DNA of 64,000 bases, taken from assembly GCA_963662665.2 (NCBI GenBank), contig CAXXJS010000025.1, positions 64,001 to 128,000 on the forward strand, given 5' to 3'. Under the pieces are notes generated by a model, which did not search any database, was not told the origin of the DNA, and saw only the letters and a list, made by a program, of their open reading frames with translations. The stretch comes from Candidatus Latescibacterota bacterium. Lineage in GTDB: Bacteria > Latescibacterota > UBA2968 > GCA-2709665. How positions within the stretch are numbered: position 1 is the stretch's first letter; every line of letters begins with the position of its first letter. This document shows, one piece after another, positions 20,954 through 30,333 of this stretch. The position numbers and the translations under genes are program-made.

Positions 20954-21829
20954 ATGACAAGGAAACCGTATTCGCCCGAAGGAAAAACGATCGTCACGAA
21001 AAACGACATTATCGAAGGCCTTCGCGACCTGGGGGTGAAAACAGGGGACGCGGTGTTTTTCCACAATTCCCTCAGCAGCATGGGATACGTGGACGGCGGC
21101 GCCGAAACCGTGATCGACGCGTTTCTGGAGGCCGTAGGTCCCCGGGGCACCATCGCGGTGAATTCCTGCCATTTCAACGGATGGCACTGCGAATATGCCC
21201 GCACCGCCGGTACCCCGGCGTTCGACGTGCGCCGCTCACCGTCCAGGATGGGCAGGATCACCGAGGTGTTTCGTCACCGTCCCGAAGCGGTGCGGTGTCT
21301 CGATTCCAGCAATCCGATGTGTGCGATCGGGCATCAGGCGGAGTACCTCGCGGAAGGCGCGGTTCGCTGTTTCACGCCGTGCGGGCGGGATACGGCCTGG
21401 GGAAAGCTGGGCGAGATCGACGCTCACTACATGTTCCTGGGAACGGGATGGACCAGTTGCACCATGATGCACGCCTGCGAGGAATACGGGCACGCGCCCT
21501 ACGCGCTGATGGACGAGCCCTCCCGCCTGGAGGTGGCCGACGAACAGGGCCGCATCCACGTGCACGTCCAGAAGGTGCATACGCCGAACGTGCCCAGGGA
21601 TTACTTCCTGATGGAACCCGAGATGCAGAAGCAGGGCCTCGTTCAGTACGGAAAGATTGGCGATGCGAAAGTGACCATAATGAACGCCAGGGAACTGATC
21701 GAGGCAGGCACCCGGTGTATCGTGGAAGATCCCGGCTTTCTGCTGAAGGACCGCAGTTTCCTCAAGCAGTGCCGGGATCATCAGAGGGGGCTTATTCCAC
21801 CCGGATACAAGGGCATTTCCGACGTGTAG
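20954..21829 (+). CDS. AAC(3)/YokD-family N-acetyltransferase
   Basis: LGVKTGDAVFFHNSLSSMGYVDGG, MGRITEVFR, CTMMHACE. Start chosen after GGAG. Confidence 0.85.
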   Translation: MTRKPYSPEGKTIVTKNDIIEGLRDLGVKTGDAVFFHNSLSSMGYVDGGAETVIDAFLEAVGPRGTIAVNSCHFNGWHCEYARTAGTPAFDVRRSPSRMGRITEVFRHRPEAVRCLDSSNPMCAIGHQAEYLAEGAVRCFTPCGRDTAWGKLGEIDAHYMFLGTGWTSCTMMHACEEYGHAPYALMDEPSRLEVADEQGRIHVHVQKVHTPNVPRDYFLMEPEMQKQGLVQYGKIGDAKVTIMNARELIEAGTRCIVEDPGFLLKDRSFLKQCRDHQRGLIPPGYKGISDV

Positions 21830-21854
21830 AGTGACATAGTCGAAGGAGGCAGAG

Positions 21855-21947
21855 ATGCAGATCCTGCCGGACCTCTATCTCGCGGACGGGTTTGCGAACG
21901 CGCGACGGCAGTTTATTACCCGGGAGGATCTGCGGAAACGATGTTGA
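21855..21947 (+). pseudogene. 30-codon ORF with strong RBS; probable gene remnant or leader peptide
   Basis: AAGGAGG precedes ATG 21855; translates MQILPDLYLADGFANARRQFITREDLRKRC; overlaps the start of the next gene. Confidence 0.4.
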
Positions 21948-23497
21948 CTCAACGCAAAATTGAAGACGGGCTGACAGGGTTGGGGCTGAAGCCGGGTGCG
22001 ATTGTGGTGGTTCATTCGTCCCTGAGCAGCCTGGGACCTGTGGACGGCGGCCCGAACGCTGTTATCGATGCGCTGGTGGATGCCCTCGGCCCCGACGGAA
22101 CGTTGTTGATGCCCACGCATCCGGCACGTGACGGACGCACGTTCGATCCGGTCACTATCCCTTCGGACATGGGCGCAATCAGCGAGACCTTCCGGTTGCG
22201 GACGGGCGTGCTGCGCAGCCGGCACCCCTATCATCCGGTGGCGGGTTGCGGCGCGATGGCGGAGGAGATCCTGTCCGGTCACGAAGATAGCGCGGCGCCG
22301 GACGGGCCGGAGACGCCCTATGGCCGTCTGATCACCCTCGGCGGAAAGGTGCTGCACGTAGGCTGCGACCTGGATACGATGACGCTGCTGCACACGGTGG
22401 AGGCGGAACTGGACCTGCCCTATCTCCGCGAATTGGAAATGAAGTACGTGGCAGATGACGGCGAGGTCCGCGCGATGACGATTCGCCGGTGTCCGGGCGG
22501 GCATCGAGGGGGCGTGTTGAAGTTCGATCGGTTATTCAGGGCGGAGGGCGCCATGGCGGTGGGCACGATCGGTCCGGCGGTGTGCCGCCTGATCGACGCA
22601 CCCCGTGCCGCGACCATCATGCGGCGCGAGATGTCGCGCGACCCCGGCTTTGCGCTGGATGAGAATCCGAATTGCGCCGACTGCGCGGGATACAGAGAGA
22701 AAATCGCGAGATCGAACGCCGGTCGGCCGGCTGCCCGGCGCGATGCCACCGCGACCCCCGGGGAATCGCTGAAGTCCCTGCTCGAGGATGAGGATTCCAC
22801 CCTGAGCGCACCGCTGTGGGCGGTGGATGCCGATCCCGGAAAGGCGCTGGATCTGGTCGCATCGGCGGATATTTCATCGGTCGAAGTGCATACGAATCAC
22901 CAGGTCGATTTCGATGACCTTCCTGGCCGCCTGGGAGATCGGGACCTCGAGGTCGCGGTATTGCGCACCCCGTTCGCATCAGCCGGGAAGCTGGCGGAGG
23001 CCTGTACAATTGCAGCCCGTTTCGATGCAAAGTACCTGCATGTCCGCCTGCAGGACAACTTCGGGCCCGCGGATCTGAACGGTTCACTTGAACGGCTCTC
23101 ACGGGTCGCCGACGAAAGCGGTATCACCGTACTTGTGGGGAATCCCGCGGATGTGAACCCGTCTGATATCGCCGAAAGGTTGAGAGAGATCGGGGCCGCC
23201 GGGACAGACATGGCATACGATCCGGCCGCCGTCGCGGCATCGGGCGGAAGCCCGTTCTATAAGGGACTTTACAAAGGGCCGATCCGGCGGTTTGTCAGGC
23301 ACGTCGACTTCAGGGACGTCGTTGCGGAAAGCGGAGAACCGGCGGTTCCCGGCAAAGGCAACGCGGAACTCGTGGAGATCCTCTCCAACCTCAGATGTCG
23401 AAGTTTCAACGGGGTCTTCTGCCTCTGGCCGCTGCCCGGGGTTTTCGGATTCCAGGACGCCGTTAACGGCTTTCGGGAAATAATCGAGCGGATCTGA
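21941..23497 (+). CDS. AAC(3)-family N-acetyltransferase fused to a xylose-isomerase-like TIM barrel
   Basis: N-terminal VVVHSSLSSLG.VDGG, RSRHP, TLLHTVE. C-terminal half has the sugar-phosphate-isomerase pattern YDPA..RHVDFRD..PGKGNAEL. Confidence 0.8.
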   Translation: MLTQRKIEDGLTGLGLKPGAIVVVHSSLSSLGPVDGGPNAVIDALVDALGPDGTLLMPTHPARDGRTFDPVTIPSDMGAISETFRLRTGVLRSRHPYHPVAGCGAMAEEILSGHEDSAAPDGPETPYGRLITLGGKVLHVGCDLDTMTLLHTVEAELDLPYLRELEMKYVADDGEVRAMTIRRCPGGHRGGVLKFDRLFRAEGAMAVGTIGPAVCRLIDAPRAATIMRREMSRDPGFALDENPNCADCAGYREKIARSNAGRPAARRDATATPGESLKSLLEDEDSTLSAPLWAVDADPGKALDLVASADISSVEVHTNHQVDFDDLPGRLGDRDLEVAVLRTPFASAGKLAEACTIAARFDAKYLHVRLQDNFGPADLNGSLERLSRVADESGITVLVGNPADVNPSDIAERLREIGAAGTDMAYDPAAVAASGGSPFYKGLYKGPIRRFVRHVDFRDVVAESGEPAVPGKGNAELVEILSNLRCRSFNGVFCLWPLPGVFGFQDAVNGFREIIERI

Positions 23498-23539
23498 AAA
23501 ACGGCTACCGGTAACAGCCACGGAGTCAGAAGGAACGGC

Positions 23540-25240
23540 ATGAGTGAGAGAGACGACGCACTGGGTATCGCCGTGGAGAAGGACGTCCCCGTACCGATGT
23601 CCGACGGCGTGGTGTTGCGCGCAAACGTGTTCAGACCGGCGGGCTCGGGGCGGTATCCCGGACTGCTGATGAGGACGCCTTACGGAAAGCCGAATGGCGG
23701 TTTTGAACGGGTCGTGCGGTCCGGTTACGCCGTGGTCACTCAGGATTCCCGGGGTCGCTATGCTTCGGAAGGGACGTATGTCCCCTATACGGTTGAGGGT
23801 GACACGCCCGACGCGCGGGACGGATACGAGAGCGTGGAGTGGCTGGCGCGGCAGCAATATTGCAACGGGAAGGTCGGCACGTTCGGCGGATCCTACAACG
23901 CCTGGATGCAGTGGATGCTGGCGAAGTTGCGGCCGCCGCACCTGGTCGCGATGTGCGCCTGGTCGATTCCACTGGAAAACACCGAGGTCGACTGGTGGGG
24001 CGCTTTCCGGCCCGGCCGGCGCATCAAATGGTGGATGGGCACCATTGCGCCGGATCTCCGCAGACGTGAGGGCGCACCCGGACCGCACCGGAAGGAAGAC
24101 GCACTGGAAATCTGGGAAAACGTGGAGCATATGCGGTGGCTCTATTTTATGCCATGGCTGGACTTTCCACGTTATCTGCCCCAGGGAATGGCAGGGTACG
24201 CCGAGGACTGGCTGCGGCATCCGAACCGCAGGTGCTGGAAATTCGACGAGGTACACCGGGAGGTGGAAGTGCCTAACCTGGATTTCAGCGGGTGGTACGA
24301 CCATTGCGGAGGAACGATGGCCCACCTGGGCCTGATGCAGAAGCATGGCCGGTCTGAAATTGCGAGGACGCAGACCCGGATTGTCATCGGGCCGTGGAAC
24401 CACAGCGGACTGGGAAACCGGCGCCAGGGCGGGATCGATTTCGGGCCTGAAGCCCGGATGGATCTGCAGGATCGGATGATCCGCTGGTTCGACCGCTGGT
24501 TGAAGGATACCGATAACGGAGTGGATCTGGAACCGCCCGTGCGGTACTTTGTGATGGGCTCGGGCCAATGGAAGTCGGCGGATACGTGGCCGCCCGGTGG
24601 AACGATTCGGGCGGACTACTATCTGGACAGCGACGGCGACGCGCACCTCCCCGCGGGGTCCGGCCGTCTGCTCGACGCACCGGCCGCCGGTGAGAGCACG
24701 GACACGTACGTGTACGATCCGAATGACCCGGTTCCCACGCTTTGGTCAACGGCGCTGTTTACGGAACCGTCGGACAGGAGGGTACTCGATTACCGCCAGG
24801 ACATTCTGATTTTTCGGACCCCTGCTCTGGAATCCGACGTGGAAACCGTGGGGTATCCCGAAGTGGTGCTGAACGCTGCGACGTCGGCGGCGGACACCGA
24901 TTTTTTCGTCCGGCTCGTGGACGAAGTCCCGGACGGTCCGGCAACGGACGTCGCATACGGAATGGTCCGCGCCCGGCATCGCCATTCGCTGGACGAGGAA
25001 GACTTCATCATCCCGAAAGCGGTGACCGAATACCGCATCCGCCTGACGCCCACGGCATGCAGGTTTCTCGCGGGACACCGGATCCGCCTCGAAATCACGA
25101 GCAGCGACTTTCCAAATCACGACAGGAATCACAACACGGGCGGAAACGACCTCGCCGAGACCAGACTCGTGACGGCAACTCAGGAAGTCCATCATTCGGC
25201 GGAATATCCCTCCCGTCTGATTCTGCCGGTCTCTCAATGA
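23540..25240 (+). CDS. CocE/NonD-family hydrolase
   Basis: VPMSDGVVL, RTPYGK, QDSRGRYASEG, nucleophile GGSY, GWYD, IGPWNH, GHRIRLEITSSDFP. Confidence 0.93.
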   Translation: MSERDDALGIAVEKDVPVPMSDGVVLRANVFRPAGSGRYPGLLMRTPYGKPNGGFERVVRSGYAVVTQDSRGRYASEGTYVPYTVEGDTPDARDGYESVEWLARQQYCNGKVGTFGGSYNAWMQWMLAKLRPPHLVAMCAWSIPLENTEVDWWGAFRPGRRIKWWMGTIAPDLRRREGAPGPHRKEDALEIWENVEHMRWLYFMPWLDFPRYLPQGMAGYAEDWLRHPNRRCWKFDEVHREVEVPNLDFSGWYDHCGGTMAHLGLMQKHGRSEIARTQTRIVIGPWNHSGLGNRRQGGIDFGPEARMDLQDRMIRWFDRWLKDTDNGVDLEPPVRYFVMGSGQWKSADTWPPGGTIRADYYLDSDGDAHLPAGSGRLLDAPAAGESTDTYVYDPNDPVPTLWSTALFTEPSDRRVLDYRQDILIFRTPALESDVETVGYPEVVLNAATSAADTDFFVRLVDEVPDGPATDVAYGMVRARHRHSLDEEDFIIPKAVTEYRIRLTPTACRFLAGHRIRLEITSSDFPNHDRNHNTGGNDLAETRLVTATQEVHHSAEYPSRLILPVSQ

Positions 25241-25298
25241 ATCGGCGGAAAGAGAATCAGCGAACTGGAGAAACGGAGATGGGCGGCGTGAAATCGAG

Positions 25299-26516
25299 AT
25301 GAATTCCAGATTCGAATGGCGCCTGTGTCACCCACACGTCGAGTCGACCGGTGGCGACGTACCCTGCGCCAGAGAGGCGCCGGGCGTGCTGCTGCCCTAC
25401 GAGAGACGCATCTATATGTTCGGCGGCGGCGCCCTCAGATACGGCGCTTCCTCCGGCCAGGGAAACAAGTCCACGCTGGGCGCACTGAACGACCTGTGGG
25501 TGTACGATCCGTCGGTCGAGGAATGGAACCTGTTGGAGGCAAACGACGGCGCTGCCGGATTCGACATCTCTGCAGACAGGCCATGCGCTCGCATACTGCC
25601 CGCGTGGGTTGAGGTAGACGACCGGTTCTATCTGTTCGGCGGGTTGTCGATCCTGAGCGAGGGTTGGAAGTTCGCCCTCCTGAACGACCTGTGGGTGTAC
25701 GATCCCTCGGATGCGCGCTGGACGCTGTTGGAGCCGGATGACGGCGTATTGCTGGAGTACCCCGACTGCGTGGGCCGGGGACGGCCGACGACCATGGGCG
25801 GATTCGGAACGGCCGTTATCGGGAGCAGGATCTATTTCTTTGGCGGATGGGGCCATCGGGCGCCGCTTCCCCCGACGGTTGAAACCGCGGTACTGAGCAG
25901 GCAACTCTGGACCTATGATACCGGGACCGGAACCTGGGACCGGATTGAAGCGGCGGACGGCGCGGCCGTCCCGCCGAAGCGGTACGTCATGTCGATGACG
26001 GCCTGGGAGAATCGGATCTACGTCTGGGCGGGGCGGGACACACAGGACCGGGATCCGCAGTTCTATAACGATCTCTGGTGCTTCGATCCTGCCACGTGCG
26101 CATGGACCTGCATGGCGGAAAACGACTTCGGGGCGGCGAACCGGCCTTCCGCCCGGTACGGTCAGGGATCGGCCCGGATCGGGGACGGGTGGTATGTATT
26201 CGGCGGGTTCGGATCGCAGGGGACCTTCATGCCCGAAGAAGTGAACGGGCCGCAATTGAACGATCTGTGGCGCCTGAGTCTGGGCACCGGAGACTGGACC
26301 TGCCTGCAGGCGCACGACGGATCGAAGAATTATTCGGGGTCCGCGCCGTATCCCGGAGTCCGTCGCGTGCCGGGCATGGCAGCCCTGGATGACGCGGTGT
26401 ATCTGTTCGGCGGCCTTGACCTGGCCAGCGGGCCGAACGACGATGGGCCGGTGACTGGTTTCAACGACCTCTGGGTGGGGCGTGAATCGCAGGCACGCAC
26501 CGGGACAGTCGCGTAG
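25299..26516 (+). CDS. Kelch-repeat protein
   Basis: Six repeats of Y.FGG...LNDLW.YD....W. Confidence 0.9.
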   Translation: MNSRFEWRLCHPHVESTGGDVPCAREAPGVLLPYERRIYMFGGGALRYGASSGQGNKSTLGALNDLWVYDPSVEEWNLLEANDGAAGFDISADRPCARILPAWVEVDDRFYLFGGLSILSEGWKFALLNDLWVYDPSDARWTLLEPDDGVLLEYPDCVGRGRPTTMGGFGTAVIGSRIYFFGGWGHRAPLPPTVETAVLSRQLWTYDTGTGTWDRIEAADGAAVPPKRYVMSMTAWENRIYVWAGRDTQDRDPQFYNDLWCFDPATCAWTCMAENDFGAANRPSARYGQGSARIGDGWYVFGGFGSQGTFMPEEVNGPQLNDLWRLSLGTGDWTCLQAHDGSKNYSGSAPYPGVRRVPGMAALDDAVYLFGGLDLASGPNDDGPVTGFNDLWVGRESQARTGTVA

Positions 26517-26532
26517 ATACGGGAGATCGGCG

Positions 26533-27354
26533 ATGAAACTGATGATTATGACGGACCTGGAAGGCGTGGCGGGCATTCTGAATTTCGAGGACTGGTGTAC
26601 GCCGGGCGCGATGTATTACGATAAGGCGAAGAGGCTGTTGACGCTGGAGGTCAACGCCGCGGTGGACGGGTTCAGCGAAGGCGGCGCGGAAGAGATCCTG
26701 GTGGTGGACGGGCACGGGCACGGCGCGATGGATCCTGAACTTCTGGACGAACGTGCGCAACTGATGCGCGGCCACGCCGCTCCGATCTGGCCCTGGAGCC
26801 TGGATGGTTCGTACCAGGGACTGGCATACGTGGGGCAGCACGCGAAGGCCGGAACGCCGTATTCCCACCTGACACACACGGGAAGCTTCGCGTGCGTGGA
26901 CTACGCGATCAACGGAATTTCCATCGGAGAATACGGGCAACTGGTGCTGTGCGCGATGGAATTGGGCGTTCCCACGATTTTCGCGGCGGGCGAGGAAGCG
27001 TTCGCGGCGGAGGCCGAGGCGCTGACACCCGGCGTCGTGACCGCGGGCGTGAAACGGGGACTGCTTCCCGACGGGCTGGAAGACCTGGATGCGGACGCAT
27101 ACAGCCGCGCCAAGCTGAGCGCGGTCAATCTGGCGCCCGCACGGTCCCGCGCGCTCATCCGTGAAGGAGCCCGGAACGCAATCGGGAAGCTGAAGGCAGA
27201 TCCTTCATCTTTCCGATATCCGGACATGAAACCGCCGTACGTGCGCACCGCGAGCTACCGTAAGCGCGGCAATACGCCGGGATTCAGCACCCGCGACGAG
27301 CACCCGGACAGCATCATCGGATTGATGAATATGGCGCAGACAAGGGTGGCGTAG
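26533..27354 (+). CDS. dppA: M55-family D-aminopeptidase
   Basis: TDLEG (DxE), EVNAAVDG, VDGHG, GQHA, HT, GE and VK motifs. Confidence 0.88.
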   Translation: MKLMIMTDLEGVAGILNFEDWCTPGAMYYDKAKRLLTLEVNAAVDGFSEGGAEEILVVDGHGHGAMDPELLDERAQLMRGHAAPIWPWSLDGSYQGLAYVGQHAKAGTPYSHLTHTGSFACVDYAINGISIGEYGQLVLCAMELGVPTIFAAGEEAFAAEAEALTPGVVTAGVKRGLLPDGLEDLDADAYSRAKLSAVNLAPARSRALIREGARNAIGKLKADPSSFRYPDMKPPYVRTASYRKRGNTPGFSTRDEHPDSIIGLMNMAQTRVA

Positions 27355-27407
27355 CCCAACCGGCGTCTGGTTTAATTCGCGGGAGCCGGGTAACCTGGAG
27401 CATACGA

Positions 27408-28040
27408 ATGGTTGACGTCACACACGAATTCGACGCGCCCGGGCCGCAGCCGAACGGCATGCAGGCCACGGCGGACGGCATCTGGGTTCTGGATCAGAAA
27501 ACGAACCAGGCAGTCCTGGTTTCCTTCGCGGGCGAAACGTTAAAGACGCTGAATACGGCGTCGGACCGGGGGAGCGGGATTACCGACACGGGTTTGGCGC
27601 TGTGGCTGGCCTCCACGTATGACCGGAAGATTCTGCGCGTGGATCGCGAGACGGGCGAAACACTGGACCGGTTCGATACTCCCGGCGCGGTGGCAACGGG
27701 CGCCCACGGACTGGAGATGCGCGACGGCCGCCTCTGGATGGCCGTGCCGCCGTCGGCCACGATTTACCAGGTGGACGTGGCTTGCGGCTTTGAAGTGATA
27801 TATTCGATTCCCGCTCCCGGAGACCGTCCGCATGGCATTGCATGGGAGGGCCGGGGCCTCTGGTGCGTGGAAACCGATCACCGTGCGATTTACCGATTGA
27901 ACGCGGCAGACGGTGGAATCCGTGAACGTATCGAGATTCCCGAAGAGCACCCCGAACCGCACGGGATGACGATGTGGGACGGGGCATTCTGGTACTGCGA
28001 CGCCGGTTCCCGGGCGGTATGCCGCGTGAGAAGGAGATAA
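27408..28040 (+). CDS. Beta-propeller protein (Vgb/glutaminyl-cyclase-like)
   Basis: Repeated P..P.G....G.LW blades (PNG, AHG, PHG, PHG). Confidence 0.65.
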   Translation: MVDVTHEFDAPGPQPNGMQATADGIWVLDQKTNQAVLVSFAGETLKTLNTASDRGSGITDTGLALWLASTYDRKILRVDRETGETLDRFDTPGAVATGAHGLEMRDGRLWMAVPPSATIYQVDVACGFEVIYSIPAPGDRPHGIAWEGRGLWCVETDHRAIYRLNAADGGIRERIEIPEEHPEPHGMTMWDGAFWYCDAGSRAVCRVRRR

Positions 28041-28106
28041 GGCCGCTGATTATGCAGCAAGACGGGATGGCGACGCCCCGCCGGCGGCCGGGACCGCTTT
28101 CATTCT

Positions 28107-29012
28107 ATGGACCGATCGACCGACATGGGCGAGAACGAAAGAGAGGCGCCGCGTATCTTCGCGCTGTCCGACGTCCACGTGGACTCCGCGCTCAATCTGG
28201 CCTGGGTGGATTCGCTCTCCGAGTCCGACTTCCAGCGGGACGTGTTGATTCTCGCCGGCGACGTCAGCGACCGCGTGGAGCGGTTGGAAAGGACGTTGTC
28301 CGACTTGCGGCGCAGGTTCGCAAGCGTGTTTTTTGTCCCGGGAAACCATGAACTGTGGATACGGCGAGCCGGGCCGCCTCGCGGTTCTCTGGACAAATTC
28401 GAACAGGTGCTTGCCATTTGCGACCGTCTCGACGTCAGGACGCGACCCGGCAGAATCGGAAACCGGATAGGCGTCTGGATCGTCCCTCTCTTTTCGTGGT
28501 ATCTGAAACCCGAGGAAGGACCGGACAGCCTGTATACGCCAAAGTCAGGTGAAGACGAGACACTATCCATGTGGAGCGACGACCATTTCTTCAGGTGGCC
28601 GGAGACCGCGAGGCCGGCCGCTGAATTTTTCCTTGGCGTGAACGAGAGGAACATCTCGCGGACATACGAAGCGCCGTTGATCTCGTTCAGCCACTTTCTG
28701 CCGAGACGTGAACTGATATTCGGCATGCCCGCGCCACGGCGGTGGGGCGGATCGCCCGGAGACCCGCATCCCGCGTTCAACTTCAGCCGCGTGGCGGGTT
28801 GCCGGGGCCTGGATGTGCAGATTCGTCGCCTTGGGTCGACCCTTCACGTTTACGGCCACCAGCATCGGAACCGGTTTCGCGAGATTGACGGCGTAACCTA
28901 TGTTTCTCATTGTCTGGGATACCCGCGGGAAAGAGAGAACGGGCATATTCGAGGGCTCGACGGCGGCCCGCGTCTGGTCTGGGATGCCGGCAGACCCGTA
29001 CGCGATGCGTAA
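28107..29012 (+). CDS. Calcineurin-like metallophosphoesterase
   Basis: SDVH, AGDVSD, PGNHE, SHF, YGHQH. Confidence 0.9.
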   Translation: MDRSTDMGENEREAPRIFALSDVHVDSALNLAWVDSLSESDFQRDVLILAGDVSDRVERLERTLSDLRRRFASVFFVPGNHELWIRRAGPPRGSLDKFEQVLAICDRLDVRTRPGRIGNRIGVWIVPLFSWYLKPEEGPDSLYTPKSGEDETLSMWSDDHFFRWPETARPAAEFFLGVNERNISRTYEAPLISFSHFLPRRELIFGMPAPRRWGGSPGDPHPAFNFSRVAGCRGLDVQIRRLGSTLHVYGHQHRNRFREIDGVTYVSHCLGYPRERENGHIRGLDGGPRLVWDAGRPVRDA

Positions 29013-29079
29013 TGGCCGCTCCGTCGGTCGGATCAGGTCGGTCAGGTCCATCAAATACACAACGTGGGGGCTTCGCTGT

Positions 29080-29574
29080 ATGAAACGGCTTTATGTGATT
29101 CGACATGCAAAGTCGAGCTGGAGCGATCCGGCGCTTGGCGATTTCGATCGCCCGTTGAACAAGCGCGGTAAACGGGACGCGCCGTTTATGGGCACGCGCC
29201 TGAAAGAAGGCGGGGCGAAGCCCGACATGATTGTCTGCAGTCCCGCGAAACGTGCGGTCAAGACTGCCCGCGCGATCGCGAAGGCATTGGGATTCCCCAC
29301 GGGTAAGATCGTGGAGGAAACGTCGGTTTACGAGGCGAGCCTGTACGACCTGCTTGCCGTGGTGCGGAATATCCCGGACGCTTGCGACGAAGCGATCATG
29401 GTGGGCCACAATCCGGGCTTCTCGGACCTGGCCGGTTACCTTGCTTCGGATTCTCACGTTAATATGCCAACCTGCGCCGTCTGTTGCGTGGATCTGGAGG
29501 TCGACTCCTGGGCGAGCGTAACGGCCGGTCCCGGAAGGATGGTATCCTACGACTATCCGAAAAAACACGCATAG
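29080..29574 (+). CDS. sixA: Histidine phosphatase, SixA family
   Basis: RHAKSSW, D.DRPLN.RG, SPA.RA..TA, VGHNP. Confidence 0.88.
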   Translation: MKRLYVIRHAKSSWSDPALGDFDRPLNKRGKRDAPFMGTRLKEGGAKPDMIVCSPAKRAVKTARAIAKALGFPTGKIVEETSVYEASLYDLLAVVRNIPDACDEAIMVGHNPGFSDLAGYLASDSHVNMPTCAVCCVDLEVDSWASVTAGPGRMVSYDYPKKHA

Positions 29575-29580
29575 ACAGCG

Positions 29581-30333
29581 ATGATCGACCTGACAATCGA
29601 AAACGAAATCGCGTGGCTGACGTTGAACCGGCCCGAGGTGCTGAATGCGATGGATCTTGATAGCGTGCGCGCGTTCCGCGCGCGCCTTGAAGCGGTCCGC
29701 GATCGTGAAGACGTGCGGGTTGTGGTAACCGGCGGCGCGGGTCGCGCGTTTTGCGCGGGCAGCGATCTGAAGGACCTGGCGCCCCTATCTCCGGCGCAGG
29801 CCGCGAAGGCGGAACGGGCGCATGCCGATGCCTTCGCCCTGCTGGATGCCATGCCGCAACCCACGGTCGCCATGCTCCACGGGCACGTCCTCGGCGGCGG
29901 GATGGGGCTCGCGCTGTACCATGACTTCCGGATCGCATCGGTATCGGCAAGTCTGGGGATGCCGGAAGTGGAACTGGGATGGACGCCGCCGTGGGGGCTG
30001 GGCCGGCTGGTCGACGTTGTCGGCGGAGCAGCCGCAAGGTGGCTCGCGATGGGGTGCGAAACGGTGACCGGCGACGAGGCGAAGGCTATCGGCCTGGTAC
30101 ACGACTGCGTTGCGGACGATGCGTTGAGGGACAGGGTCCGGGCATTTGCGCTGCGTCTCGCGTCGCTTCCGCCGTTGGCGCTGAGAGAGACGAAGGTCCT
30201 CCTGAACCGGATATCGCCGGCTCGCAACGCCCGGTGGGATGCCGCCGCGTCAGAGGCCTTCGAGCTTTGTTTCGGTACGGACGAGGCTAGCGCGAACGTG
30301 GCCGAATTCATTGCGCGGAAGAAGAAACGATGA
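29581..30333 (+). CDS. Enoyl-CoA hydratase/isomerase family protein
   Basis: LNRPEVLNA, AFCAGSDL, GGGMGLAL..D, PEVELG. Confidence 0.92.
   Translation: MIDLTIENEIAWLTLNRPEVLNAMDLDSVRAFRARLEAVRDREDVRVVVTGGAGRAFCAGSDLKDLAPLSPAQAAKAERAHADAFALLDAMPQPTVAMLHGHVLGGGMGLALYHDFRIASVSASLGMPEVELGWTPPWGLGRLVDVVGGAAARWLAMGCETVTGDEAKAIGLVHDCVADDALRDRVRAFALRLASLPPLALRETKVLLNRISPARNARWDAAASEAFELCFGTDEASANVAEFIARKKKR

Noticed and set aside
20954-23497. Aminoglycoside resistance genes (also the APH-like genes at 53789 and 56466)
   Set aside because: Only family-level motifs; these families contain many non-resistance enzymes and there is no mobile resistance context.
29080-29574. SixA as the dedicated phosphatase of the HPt kinase
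   Set aside because: It lies about 10 kb away in a different gene run; nothing in the sequence links them.
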